Notes: a model not told the origin generated them from the letters alone. Positions 10,877-21,105 are shown, counted from the stretch's first letter. The stretch: DNA of 64,000 nucleotides from Chitinophagales bacterium (GCA_035638255.1 DASRAJ010000157.1:94827-158826); one strand, 5' to 3'. Numbers and translations: made by a program.

Positions 10877-11593
10877 TTATTTCAAAACAAAAAAATGATC
10901 CACACCGGTTTTTCTGGTTGTGGTAAAGTTCTCGGCGTAATCAACGCCAATCATTCTTCCCAATGTTTGAGCGCGATACTTCAATGACTCCAAAAATTCA
11001 GGAGTAGAAATGTAAGTGACGGGCTCTTTGGAATTTGGATTATAGAACTGCGATCGAAAGCACATAACCGCTTCCATTCGTTTTTCCCAATAACCGGAGA
11101 TGTCAATCAGAACATCAGGCTCGAGCCACATATCCTGCAAATAGTGGTACAATGCTCTTGGTCGCCACGGCTCCTGCGATTGGTCATCAATTTTCGTTTC
11201 AATCTTTTTCAGACCTGAAAGAAAACATGCTTCGCGAACCAGCTCCGCAGCTCTGCCATGATCGGGATGACGGTCCACCACAGCATTCGCCACCACAATT
11301 TCCGGCTGATATTTTCTGAGCATCGTAATAACCTTCAATTGATGCTCTTCATCATTTTGAAAAAATCCGTCGCGCATATTGAGATTCTCACGCACATGCA
11401 CTCCCATTACTTTTGTTGCTGCTGCGGCTTCTGCATCCCGAATTTCAGGAGTGCCCCGTGTTCCCAATTCGCCGTGAGTCAGGTCAATGATGCCTGCTTT
11501 TTTTCCGAGCGTAACATGTTTAATAATAGTCCCGGCACAGGAGAGTTCTACGTCATCAGGATGAGCACTGAAAGCAAGGAGATCGAGTTTCAT
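10877..11593 (-). CDS. bshB1: bacillithiol biosynthesis deacetylase BshB1 (LmbE/PIG-L family)
   Basis: LLAFSAHPDDVELSCAGT, GELGTRG and HPDH zinc-site motifs. Length is 238 aa. Confidence 0.85.
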   Translation of the reverse strand: MKLDLLAFSAHPDDVELSCAGTIIKHVTLGKKAGIIDLTHGELGTRGTPEIRDAEAAAATKVMGVHVRENLNMRDGFFQNDEEHQLKVITMLRKYQPEIVVANAVVDRHPDHGRAAELVREACFLSGLKKIETKIDDQSQEPWRPRALYHYLQDMWLEPDVLIDISGYWEKRMEAVMCFRSQFYNPNSKEPVTYISTPEFLESLKYRAQTLGRMIGVDYAENFTTTRKTGVDHFFVLK

Positions 11594-11595
11594 TT

Positions 11596-11693
11596 GGTGA
11601 ATGGTGAATGGTGAATGGTGAATGGTGAATGGTCAGTGGTCAATGGTGAATGGTCAATAGTCAATGGTCAATGGTCAATGGTCAATGGTCAAT
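11596..11693. repeat. 14-unit tandem heptanucleotide array (GGTGAAT/GGTCAAT)
   Basis: Read directly: 5x GGTGAAT, GGTCAGT, GGTCAAT, GGTGAAT, GGTCAAT, AGTCAAT, 4x GGTCAAT. It starts 2 nt from the bshB1 start codon and lies in the bshB1/idi divergent intergenic region. Confidence 0.95.
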
Positions 11694-11749
11694 GGTTAGG
11701 TAATACAAGTGCAAAGGTAATTTTTACGAACACCTTACTTTGCAGGATT

Positions 11750-12268
11750 ATGAAAAAGGAATTTGTTGTCCTTGTAAATAGACATGGAAGGAGAGTGGGT
11801 GTTGCTGAGAAACTTGAAGCGCATAAGAAAGGATTGCTTCATCGTGCATTCAGTGTCTTCATTTTTAATGATCGAGGAGAAATGCTTTTGCAGAAGCGGG
11901 CCGCAGGTAAATATCACTTTGCAGGATTGTGGAGTAATGCGTGTTGCAGCCATCCCCGCGAAGGAGAAAAAGTTTTGTCGGCTGCGAAAAGAAGATTGAT
12001 GGAAGAATTGAATTTGAAAGCCCTGCTTGAGTCAAAAGGGGTAATTACATATAAGCTTTTCGATACAAAAAGCGGCTTGACGGAACATGAGTTGGATTAC
12101 ATTTTCACAGGGAGATTCACCGGTAAGATTGATTTCAGGAAGAATGAAGTGGAAGATTTGAGATGGATTTCAATTTTGCAGTTGAAGAAAGAAATGAAGA
12201 CATATCCTGAAAAATTTACGCCGTGGTTTCTGACAATCATGAAAGAGATTAGTAACCTTCTAAAATGA
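11750..12268 (+). CDS. idi: isopentenyl-diphosphate delta-isomerase, type 1 (Nudix)
   Basis: LHRAFSVFIFN...LLQKRA..K.HFAGLWSNACCSHP...TEHELDYIF. The start is moved to MKKEFVV because the track ORF N-terminus (NGEWSVVNGEW...) is just the translated heptamer array. Confidence 0.85.
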   Translation: MKKEFVVLVNRHGRRVGVAEKLEAHKKGLLHRAFSVFIFNDRGEMLLQKRAAGKYHFAGLWSNACCSHPREGEKVLSAAKRRLMEELNLKALLESKGVITYKLFDTKSGLTEHELDYIFTGRFTGKIDFRKNEVEDLRWISILQLKKEMKTYPEKFTPWFLTIMKEISNLLK

Positions 12269-12309
12269 AATTCCCTCGAAGAGGATGTTCTTCAAGGGAA
12301 TCAGCTTGT

Positions 12310-12397
<88 letters not shown>

Positions 12398-12557
12398 GTG
12401 TGCAAAGGTAAGCCGCAGAATTCATTTGGCTGGAGGAATACTTTAGAGTAATGACCAATAAATTCGATTTGCTTAGTCTCACCGGAACCGGACGAGAAAA
12501 ACATGGTGTTCGACAAAAAAGAATTCTGACGTTCGGGGAAAGCCAGTTGCATTCAGG

Positions 12558-13367
12558 TTAATGCACCACGGCAATTTTTTCAGAAACATTTTTTCTGCCG
12601 GCAATTGCAGAGGCAACATAAATTCCTGATGTTGGCGTCGTGAATTCAAAACGGTTGATTCCTTTAGCCGCGATAAAATGTTTTGCTACTATTTTTCTTC
12701 CCAAAATATCTGAGAAGGTAAATGATACTTCTCCTCCGGTTTCGCTGTAATATTCAACCATCATATTTCCCTGTTGATGCACCATCAATCCATTCTGTTG
12801 TGATGATTGCGTTTCAATAGAAGTTGGAATTACGGAAGGGCTTAAGATCCAATTCACAATCGTTGTATCAAGCGGGCTCATGGCAGTGGGATACCACGTT
12901 ACCCAATGTCCTAATTCATCAATGGCAAACTTTTGAAAATTCCAGAGGACGGGCGCGTCAGCGACTCCGTTCAAGCTTTCATGCGTGAGCCAGTCGTAGA
13001 TATCGCTGATTTGGTTTCCACTCACTGTGGTTAGCGACATCATCTGAAAGGTGATACCATAAGTATCGAGGCAAAATTCGATGATGGTAGAATCATCATC
13101 GGATTCCTGGTTAAAATCATCGGAAGGAAAACCGATAATCTCAAAATCAGTTCCACCGTATTGATCGTAGAGTTCCTGCAGCAAACCATATTCATACGTG
13201 AAGGCGCAGAAGCTTGCCGTGTTTACCACCAGTACCTTCTTACCGTAAAATACAGAGAAGTCGAGCGTGTCGCCATAGATGGTTGGTTCAGAAAAATCGT
13301 GAAAGGTTTGTGCCTGTGAAAGCGGGGAGAAAAAAACAAGAGCGAAAAAGAGGAAGAATTTTTTCAT
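12558..13367 (-). CDS. secreted glutathione-peroxidase-like thioredoxin-fold protein with T9SS C-terminal domain
   Basis: Signal peptide MKKFFLFFALVFF. VVNTASFCAFT aligns with GPx NVASxCGxT, GFPSDDFNQE with GFPCNQFGxQE, and WNFQKF with WNFxKF. The C-terminal ~90 aa are CTD-like. The start is moved to MKKFF. Confidence 0.7.
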   Translation of the reverse strand: MKKFFLFFALVFFSPLSQAQTFHDFSEPTIYGDTLDFSVFYGKKVLVVNTASFCAFTYEYGLLQELYDQYGGTDFEIIGFPSDDFNQESDDDSTIIEFCLDTYGITFQMMSLTTVSGNQISDIYDWLTHESLNGVADAPVLWNFQKFAIDELGHWVTWYPTAMSPLDTTIVNWILSPSVIPTSIETQSSQQNGLMVHQQGNMMVEYYSETGGEVSFTFSDILGRKIVAKHFIAAKGINRFEFTTPTSGIYVASAIAGRKNVSEKIAVVH

Positions 13368-13601
13368 CGTATAAAGGTTGAGACTTTTACGCAATCCGGT
13401 TGCGTAAGTTTTCTTTAAAGGAAATGTGATCTGTAAATTTAGGTTACTTAGCCGGAACAAGCTTCATCATTAACATGGAGCGGATCAAAAATATACAGCC
13501 GCGGATTTGAAGACAGATTTGTTTACTAGGTGCGCTCACGTTTCGAAATTATTTTTTTCGCTTTTACCTTAACGCCCGCAAGTTAGCTTTGCATTTTAAG
13601 C

Positions 13602-14699
13602 TTGATAAATATGGACAAAGATCCAAACCTCATCGTTCACACCACGCACCCGCTCAATGCCGAGCCACCGCTTGATAAGCTGCGTGAAAATTTCATCACA
13701 CCCTATCAAAAATTTTACATCCGCAATCATGGCGACATACCTCAAATAGATCCAAAGACATTTCACCTTCAGGTAAACGGCCTGGTAGAGCATGAATTGG
13801 AATTGTCACTCGATAAGCTCATAAACGATTTCACAAAACATACCGTGATGGCATCGCTGCAATGTGCTGGCAACCGTCGTACTGAATTGCTTGCAGTGGC
13901 GCCGATTCCGGATGAAGTACTGTGGCAAGAGGGCGCGATTGGAAATGCAACATGGAAGGGAGTGCCGTTAAAAGATATTTTGATGGCCGCAGGCATAAAA
14001 GAAACAGCACGCTATGTCGAGTTTACGGGTGCCGATGAAGTATTTCGTCAGGGTGAAAATGTTGGATTTGGCGCATCCATTCCCATTGATAAAGGAATGA
14101 GCGATGATGTGTTGCTTGCTTATGAAATGAATGGCAATCCACTCACTCCCATTCATGGGTTTCCCTTGCGTGCTGTGGTTCCCGGTTATATTGGCGCACG
14201 AAGCGTGAAGTGGCTGACGCGAATTACATTGCTGTCCGGGCCATCAAAAAATTATTTCCAGGATCATGCTTACCGCTTGTTTCCACCGGAAGTGAATGCT
14301 GAAACAGTGGATTGGAATTCCGGCTTGCAGTTGAGTGAGATTGATGTGAATAGTGTGATCACTTTTCCGAAGAACAGTGAAATAATTTCAGATGCAGAAT
14401 TCACGGTGCAAGGTTGGGCGATGAGCGGGGGAGGAAAAAAAATTGCACGGGTTGAGGTTTCCATTAACAGTGGAGAGACGTGGATTATGGCAACGATCAC
14501 TGAGGGCAATCAACCATGGGCGTGGGCTTTCTGGGAAGCCCGATTGAAATTAGAAAATGGAGAACATGAAATCATCGTGCGTGCGTTTGATACCGAATCG
14601 AACACGCAACCGGAACACGCGCGACAAGTATGGAATTTCAAAGGGTATATGAACAATGCGTGGCACCGGGTTAAGGTTCAGGTGAAAAGCGAGAGGTGA
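13602..14699 (+). CDS. sulfite-oxidase-family molybdopterin oxidoreductase
   Basis: The LQCAGNRR molybdenum-cysteine motif, FYIRNHG, and a C-terminal dimerisation-like Ig domain. 365 aa. Confidence 0.85.
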   Translation: MINMDKDPNLIVHTTHPLNAEPPLDKLRENFITPYQKFYIRNHGDIPQIDPKTFHLQVNGLVEHELELSLDKLINDFTKHTVMASLQCAGNRRTELLAVAPIPDEVLWQEGAIGNATWKGVPLKDILMAAGIKETARYVEFTGADEVFRQGENVGFGASIPIDKGMSDDVLLAYEMNGNPLTPIHGFPLRAVVPGYIGARSVKWLTRITLLSGPSKNYFQDHAYRLFPPEVNAETVDWNSGLQLSEIDVNSVITFPKNSEIISDAEFTVQGWAMSGGGKKIARVEVSINSGETWIMATITEGNQPWAWAFWEARLKLENGEHEIIVRAFDTESNTQPEHARQVWNFKGYMNNAWHRVKVQVKSER

Positions 14700-14742
14700 A
14701 ATTGTGAGTCCCGGTTAAATAGGGAGAGCTTGGCAATCTTGA

Positions 14743-15138
14743 ATGGTGGAGGGTATGGTATCTGTTTTCAGATTTCAAAAGAAATATTTCTTCGCTGCTT
14801 TTTTATTATTCTTGGTTGAGGTATTTATTGCTGTGTTCATTCATGACAAATTTATCCGCCCCTATGGTGGTGATTTTTTAGTTGTCGTCATGATATATTG
14901 CTTTCTTAAAAGCTTTTGGAATGAACCGGTTTGGGTAGTTGCAGTATCGGTGTTGTTGTTTTCTTATTTAGTTGAAGTGTCGCAGTATTTTAAACTTATC
15001 ATCCACCTTGGATTGCAAAACTCCAAACTGGCTACTGTCATTTTAGGGAGATCCTTTCAATGGTTTGATATGCTGGCGTATACCCTGGGAATTGTCCTCG
15101 TTTTTTGTCTTGAAAAAATGAGAATGGGTAAAAGCTAA
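14743..15138 (+). CDS. small integral membrane protein (possibly DUF2809-like)
   Basis: 131 aa with four predicted TM helices. The IRPYGGDFLVVVMIYC segment resembles DUF2809. This assignment is from memory only. Confidence 0.5.
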   Translation: MVEGMVSVFRFQKKYFFAAFLLFLVEVFIAVFIHDKFIRPYGGDFLVVVMIYCFLKSFWNEPVWVVAVSVLLFSYLVEVSQYFKLIIHLGLQNSKLATVILGRSFQWFDMLAYTLGIVLVFCLEKMRMGKS

Positions 15139-15407
15139 ATGCAGCTCCGGTAATTCCATCTTTGCTCTTAATATTATGAGGTAGCGCAAACGGGCAACCT
15201 AACCGCTGTTATTTTTTTACATAAGGCGATGAAACATGTACAGTACAAGAATCGCTTCCCACTTCCAACCATATTGTGGATTCACAAAATTTATTCTTTC
15301 CCCGTTGAACAACCTGATAAATGAGGTAATTAATGTTTTTTGCCCGTTCTTGTAACTAATCAGGTTTAAGTACGTAAATCTCTGTCTGATCCTTCAATCT
15401 AAAAACA

Positions 15408-15749
15408 ATGTCGGATCCAGAGACCATGCAAAACCAAGCCATCATAAAAAATATCCTTCCCCGTAAACTACAACCTGTCGCCAACCCGCAACATCTGCAG
15501 TTGCTCAACCCGTTAGTAGCGCACACTGTTGAAGTAAAAAATATTTTCCCTGTAATAAACATTGATCACTCTCACGTTTCCTTCGAGGTTGCTATTCGGC
15601 CGAATGTGAAAAGTATGCTTCAATGCAAAATCGAAACGATGGTAGTGGGTGAGGAGACTTCCCAAATTCAAACCATCGTGATAAATAGTTCTGATGTTAC
15701 GGTTTTGCGTTTTGTAATTGGTGTTGATGACAACGAAAAAGTTAGCTGA
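15408..15749 (+). CDS. hypothetical protein (weak call)
   Basis: 113-aa ORF in an otherwise ORF-poor 1-kb stretch. It competes with overlapping minus-strand ORFs and has no motif. Confidence 0.25.
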   Translation: MSDPETMQNQAIIKNILPRKLQPVANPQHLQLLNPLVAHTVEVKNIFPVINIDHSHVSFEVAIRPNVKSMLQCKIETMVVGEETSQIQTIVINSSDVTVLRFVIGVDDNEKVS

Positions 15750-16199
15750 TTCATAGAAGCGCTGTAGCACTGTAAAGGAATATTCTGAACCGGAATTTCC
15801 TCACACATCAAACTCTCATTTCAAATTTGCCCTGTTGTTGTAGTAAACGTCTTTGCTGTGTCGCCTGACCTGCAACTCAAATTTTCATCAGTGGGTAGTT
15901 CATAGTAAGCTGTCTCCAGGAAAGATATTCTACCCGCCGGTTTAAAATGGCGGGCACTTGATTTCCCCCTTAACATTCTTCCGTAAATTGTTTGCATGGC
16001 GCTCCTGCGCTTCGTCGCATTTCATTTAAAGAGTCTCATGTGGAATGGGAATGATTGAGAACAGTACATTGAAAATTTTTTTTAACTTTGATATAACTCC
16101 CCATGTCTCTGTTGTAGCTTAGAAACATCAAAAAAGGATATGCATAATGGAGATAGCTCTTCAATATTTTTTCTTTCGATCTAAAAACTAAAACCTAAC

Positions 16200-18200
16200 A
16201 TGAAAAGAAATTTTCTACTCCTTCTCGCATTAACTATCTTTTCAGTCCCGGCGTTAAGCCAATATTATTATATCCCCTTTCTATCGGATCCCGGTAACCC
16301 CGGTGGACTCAATCCTGATAGTGAATATCCTGTTGGTGGTGGTCTTCCGGCAGGATGGACGCCAATAGCTTCTACCGGCAATCTTCCTCCTTCATGGAGC
16401 AGCATAGAAACACTTCCATTTGCATTTTCTTTTAATGGAAATGCTGTCACTCAGTTCAAGGCCTCGACAACCGGCGTTGTTACTTTCGATGTGAATGCAG
16501 TTGCTGTTCCTTCCGCCTACAATTCAACACTTCCTGATGCATCCATTCCTGATAACTCCATTATGGCCTGGGGAATTCAAAGCATGGGTGTGAATGACAA
16601 TATCTGTACGAAAGTATTCGGTACGGCTCCCAACAGGCAATATTGGATTTTTTATACCTCCTATTCGAGCAACAATGATTCCGCTCACTACGTCTATTGG
16701 TCAATCGTGCTTGAAGAAACTTCAAATAACATTTATGTCGTCGATCAGCGTAACAATTCTCAGGATCAAGACCTCACTGTAGGTATTCAAATCAACTCAG
16801 CAATTGCAACCGAGGTCACGGGCTCGCCGTTGATTGATGCATTTTCCGGTTCTGACCCTACTGAGGCCGACAATAATTATTACAAGTTTATTCATGATGC
16901 CCAGTTCTCTCTGAACATGACCGCAACTAATATTACTATGCATCCTTACCAGAGTTTTGCCAATCCGCCTTTCTTCGTGACAGGAAAATTATTAAACGAA
17001 GGGTCGGCGACTATCACGAGCTTTGATATTAATTATTCCATCGACGGTGGAGCTCCCATTACGGCCCCTGTCAGCGGTGTTTCGATTGTCTTTGGCTCTC
17101 AATATGATTTTATTCATCCGACGGCCTGGACACCTTCATCAACAGCAGATTACACCGTTACAATTTGGGCAAGCAATCTGAATGGTGGCAATGATGAAGA
17201 CCCTGCCGACGATCAGCTCAGCACTATCATTCATGTAGTTCCGGTAGTAACTCAACTCACTCCTTTATTTGAAGAATTCACGAGTTCCACTTGCCCTCCT
17301 TGCGCCGTTAACAATCCCATATTCGATGCATTGCTGGAAGATAATCCTGGTAAGTTCACTTGTGTGAAATACCAAATGTCATGGCCGCCTCCCGGTGATG
17401 ATTATTATAATCCGGATGGTGAAACACGCAGAACGCTTTACGGTGTTACGGGCATTCCTGATTTAGAAGTTGATGGTATTAACCCCGGAGTGCCCCCCGC
17501 ATATTACACTAATTCTAATTTCGATCAGGAATACTATAAGCCATCTTACATGACTATTGATGCGACTTATACTATTACCGATAGTACTGTTAGCGTCAAT
17601 TCAACAATTACTCCATTAATTGATTTTACCGGAGCGATCAAAGCTTTCATTGCGGTGGTAGAAAACCCCACACACAATAATGCTTCCACCAATGGCGAAA
17701 CAGAATTTACTTATGTAGAACAAAAGATGCTTCCTAACGGAGTGGGCACATTACTTCTGGACCTTACTGCTAATTCTGTAAAAACAGTTGATAAATCTTA
17801 CACTTTCTCTGCTTCCAGCAATGTGGAAGATTATGGTCACCTGCTTGTTGTGGAGTGGGTTCAGAACCTGACTACACATGAAGTTTATCAATCTGCTTTC
17901 GCTACACTCGTCACAGGTCAACAGGAGATTGATAATGTTTCAAGTGGCATCATCAATGTTTTTCCTAATCCCGCTACAGATGTTTCTGATCTTTTCTTTC
18001 AATTAGAAAAAGATGATGTCGTCTCTCTCAAAATTATGAATACCCTCGGCCAGCCGGTTTATGCAAGCGACATGGGAATGATGCACCACGGAAATCACCA
18101 CGCAAGCATGTGCGTTTCTGATTTGAGCAATGGTATTTATTTTATTTCATTGCAAATCGGGAAAAACATCTACAGGAGCAGATTGGTAGTTCAGCAATGA
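16200..18200 (+). CDS. secreted T9SS cargo protein with thioredoxin-like CxxC segment
   Basis: Signal peptide, FEEFTSSTCPPCA motif, and C-terminal VFPNPATDVS...IYFISLQ...RLVVQQ typical of a Por secretion CTD. Confidence 0.8.
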   Translation: MKRNFLLLLALTIFSVPALSQYYYIPFLSDPGNPGGLNPDSEYPVGGGLPAGWTPIASTGNLPPSWSSIETLPFAFSFNGNAVTQFKASTTGVVTFDVNAVAVPSAYNSTLPDASIPDNSIMAWGIQSMGVNDNICTKVFGTAPNRQYWIFYTSYSSNNDSAHYVYWSIVLEETSNNIYVVDQRNNSQDQDLTVGIQINSAIATEVTGSPLIDAFSGSDPTEADNNYYKFIHDAQFSLNMTATNITMHPYQSFANPPFFVTGKLLNEGSATITSFDINYSIDGGAPITAPVSGVSIVFGSQYDFIHPTAWTPSSTADYTVTIWASNLNGGNDEDPADDQLSTIIHVVPVVTQLTPLFEEFTSSTCPPCAVNNPIFDALLEDNPGKFTCVKYQMSWPPPGDDYYNPDGETRRTLYGVTGIPDLEVDGINPGVPPAYYTNSNFDQEYYKPSYMTIDATYTITDSTVSVNSTITPLIDFTGAIKAFIAVVENPTHNNASTNGETEFTYVEQKMLPNGVGTLLLDLTANSVKTVDKSYTFSASSNVEDYGHLLVVEWVQNLTTHEVYQSAFATLVTGQQEIDNVSSGIINVFPNPATDVSDLFFQLEKDDVVSLKIMNTLGQPVYASDMGMMHHGNHHASMCVSDLSNGIYFISLQIGKNIYRSRLVVQQ

Positions 18201-18322
18201 GAGCAGGAAGGCACTTATGAGTGCGGCAAGAATCTTGAGTTAATCTTATAGAAGAAAAGAGAAGTGGCAGCTTCTCCCGAAAGTGAATTTCTCTCTATCT
18301 GAACTTGCTAAAACCGTGCTCT

Positions 18323-20605
18323 ATGAAAAAAATAATTTCCTCATCGGCTATTCTTTTGCTCCTTTTAATTTCGAACTGCGGTTATGCGCAGTGCATGTAT
18401 CCCGTTTCATTATTGGAGAGAGTACAACAATCTCAGATCATTATAGAAGGAAAAGTAATTTCCGCAAGCTCATTCTGGAATGATTCGCAATCCATGATTT
18501 ATACGGCAAGTGAAATAGAAGTGTATAAGTTCTTTAAAGGAGAATTTGCTTCAGAAAGAATTTCAGTGATTACAGAAGGTGGGCAGGTAGATAACGACAT
18601 GGTGGTCGCAGAGCCGGGCATTCGGCTTTATAATGGGCAGGCAGGAATATTTTTCATGCACCACTCCAATTACAATGTTTCAAGAGCAACCGGCAGCACA
18701 GTTAACTATGAATTGTATGCCGCGAACCAGGGGTTCATAAGATACGATTTGACAGATAAAACTGCCCATGATCCTTTTGGAAGTTATGATGATCTTGAGA
18801 CAGAACTTTACAACCCGATATTGAGTGTTGCCGGCAATCCTTCCTTCATTGAGATAAAGGAGGTTGATTTTTTCCAGCCCGGAAACAATAGCCGGTCACT
18901 GCTACCTCCTACTATTTCTTCCTTCAGTCCCACTTCAACTTATGCCGGCACACTGAGCGCCAACCTGTTTACCATCACCGGAACTAATTTCGGTTTCAGC
19001 TACGTGCCAGGCACCTCGAAGCTTGAATTTAAAAATGCCAATGACGGAGGTTCCACCTATATTACTGCACCGGATAATCACATCCAGAGTTGGACCAGCA
19101 CCACCATCACCGCCTGGATTCCGACGGGTGCCTGCAAGGGGCAAATCAGAGTTACAAATAACATCCCTGAAAGTGCAGTGTCGTCCTCATCAGTTACTAT
19201 CCTCTACAATGAAACGAATGTTAATTCAGGCGGGACCTACTATTTGCCCGATCTTGTCAATGATAACGGCTCAGGTGGATACACCTTTGTTTACAATACA
19301 ACATTCAATAGCAACACGGCGGCAGTTGGCGCTTTCGAGCGTGCGCTTGGAACATGGCGCTGCGGTACGTTTGTAAACTTCACAAAGTCCGGAACCACGT
19401 CCATTGCTGTAAATGCCAGCGATGGAACGAACGTTATAACTTTTGACGGATCAAGCCCGCTCTCATCAGGTGTTTTAGGTACTGCCTACAGTTACTATAC
19501 GAGCTGTGCGGCAGGAGTATGGTATCTTTCAGAAACAGATTTAAAATTGCGCACTAACGGAACAGGAGGAATTACCTGGAATTACGGGCCGGGTGCGACT
19601 ACGTCAGGATTTACTGATCTTGAATCTGTTGTCTTGCATGAATTAGGTCATGCTCATCAGTTAGGTCATACAAGTCTTAGTCCTGTTACAGTTATGCATT
19701 ATTCTATCGGCAGTGGTACTGACCGCAGAACCCTAACGTCTGCCAGTGAAGTTGACGGAGGCGATGATGTTATGTCACGAAGCATCATCAGCAATTCGTG
19801 CGGACCATCTCATATAACAGCGCTCACAGCAGGCACCTGCGCGTTCGCTGCTGCGCCTATTGCTGATTTTGTTGCTTCGTCAACGTCAGTGTGCAAAAAC
19901 AAGACACTTGACTTCACAGATTTGAGTACTAATTCACCTACATCATGGTCGTGGACTTTTGACGGTGCAACTCCTTCTACCAGCACTCTTCAGAATCCAA
20001 CAGGGATAAAATATACAACCGTGGGTAGCCATGCAGTTACTCTCACTGCAACGAATGCTATTGGCTCTGATGCGGAAACGAAGAGCGGCTACATTACAGT
20101 GAATGCTCTGCCCACTGTTACAGTTAGCTCGGCACCGTGCTCCAGTGCGGTGGTAGTTCTTACAGCTACTGCTACTCCCGGAACAGGAATTAAATACAAA
20201 TGGAAGAAGGATGGAGCTGCGATAAGCGGTGCAACTAAGAAAACTTATTCAGCAACAGCAAGCGGCACCTACAAATGCACGGTGACCATCAGCGCTACAG
20301 GATGCGCAAAAACCTCATCGGGTATCGCGGTTACAATCAGTTGCAAAATGAATGATGCAGATGCATCTCCTGCTGTGAATGTTTATCCGAATCCGTCAGC
20401 AGGTTTTTTCGTGTTCGGAACTTCAGCTTTTGATTCCGATGGTGAGGTTGAGATATATGACATCACAGGCAGGCGAATCGAAAGCCATCATTTCTCAAGT
20501 AGCGATGTGATAGCAGGACAAAATCTTGCAAACGGAATTTACATGGCGGAGATCAGAGTGAGCGGAAAATTAAAGAAAGGGATTAAATTGGTGAAGGACC
20601 AATAA
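18323..20605 (+). CDS. secreted metzincin-like zinc metalloprotease with PKD domain and T9SS C-terminal domain
   Basis: HELGHAHQLGH (HExxHxxxxxH) followed by a Met-turn-like VMHY. PKD-like segment FTDLSTNSPTSWSWTFDGATPSTS...VTLTATN. CTD VYPNPSAGFF...GIYMAEI. The start is moved to MKKIISS. Confidence 0.85.
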   Translation: MKKIISSSAILLLLLISNCGYAQCMYPVSLLERVQQSQIIIEGKVISASSFWNDSQSMIYTASEIEVYKFFKGEFASERISVITEGGQVDNDMVVAEPGIRLYNGQAGIFFMHHSNYNVSRATGSTVNYELYAANQGFIRYDLTDKTAHDPFGSYDDLETELYNPILSVAGNPSFIEIKEVDFFQPGNNSRSLLPPTISSFSPTSTYAGTLSANLFTITGTNFGFSYVPGTSKLEFKNANDGGSTYITAPDNHIQSWTSTTITAWIPTGACKGQIRVTNNIPESAVSSSSVTILYNETNVNSGGTYYLPDLVNDNGSGGYTFVYNTTFNSNTAAVGAFERALGTWRCGTFVNFTKSGTTSIAVNASDGTNVITFDGSSPLSSGVLGTAYSYYTSCAAGVWYLSETDLKLRTNGTGGITWNYGPGATTSGFTDLESVVLHELGHAHQLGHTSLSPVTVMHYSIGSGTDRRTLTSASEVDGGDDVMSRSIISNSCGPSHITALTAGTCAFAAAPIADFVASSTSVCKNKTLDFTDLSTNSPTSWSWTFDGATPSTSTLQNPTGIKYTTVGSHAVTLTATNAIGSDAETKSGYITVNALPTVTVSSAPCSSAVVVLTATATPGTGIKYKWKKDGAAISGATKKTYSATASGTYKCTVTISATGCAKTSSGIAVTISCKMNDADASPAVNVYPNPSAGFFVFGTSAFDSDGEVEIYDITGRRIESHHFSSSDVIAGQNLANGIYMAEIRVSGKLKKGIKLVKDQ

Positions 20606-20720
20606 TCCTGTAGCAATAACTATATGGCGAGATAGGCATCTGTTTAAAAATAAATTCGAGCTATCCTTCAGTCCTTCGCAACACTTTGACAAGCTACTGA
20701 TGGACCACCTCTGGATAATG

Positions 20721-20852
20721 ACCAATTATCAATCACCAATTTACCAAATAATTATAAAAGAAAAAAATGAAGGAATGAATCTGAGTCCACCGTCATTTTG
20801 AAATTTTAATTTTAAAATTTGATTGATCATTGATCATTGGCAATTGGTAATT
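20721..20852. repeat. two inverted 7-nt-periodic tracts (ACCAATT-like / complement) flanking an AT-rich spacer
   Basis: 20721-20753 accaatt atcaatc accaatt taccaaa faces 20821-20852 gattgat cattgat cattggc aattggt in inverted orientation. Confidence 0.7.
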
Positions 20853-21105
20853 TTTTCAGGTTCATCTTCCGTTGTTTTCCCGCTCCGCGGGATGGGTTCT
20901 CAGGGTGACCTCCCGGCACGGTGCATGCCTGTTCCTGTCGAAGGATTGAGTTTGCAAATCTTTTATATAAGTTTTAAACCGCTTCCAAGAGATCTTCTTT
21001 GATTGAGTGGTTCTGAAAAAAAATTTTGCTTCGCTTGCGAAAAAAAAATCATTTTAGCTTTCTGAAAACAAAAAAGAATACCGCTCCTTTATTTTTCCAG
21101 GCTGA

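Noticed and set aside
11596-11693. Possible CRISPR array or other spacer-repeat structure
   Set aside because: The units are 7 nt with no spacers, and no cas genes occur anywhere in the window. The same applies to the tracts at 27870, 56232 and 62546.
11615-11749. N-terminal extension of the idi ORF encoding MVNGEWSVVNGEWSIVNGQW...
   Set aside because: It is simply the heptamer tandem array read in frame. The conserved Idi sequence starts at MKKEFVV (11750).
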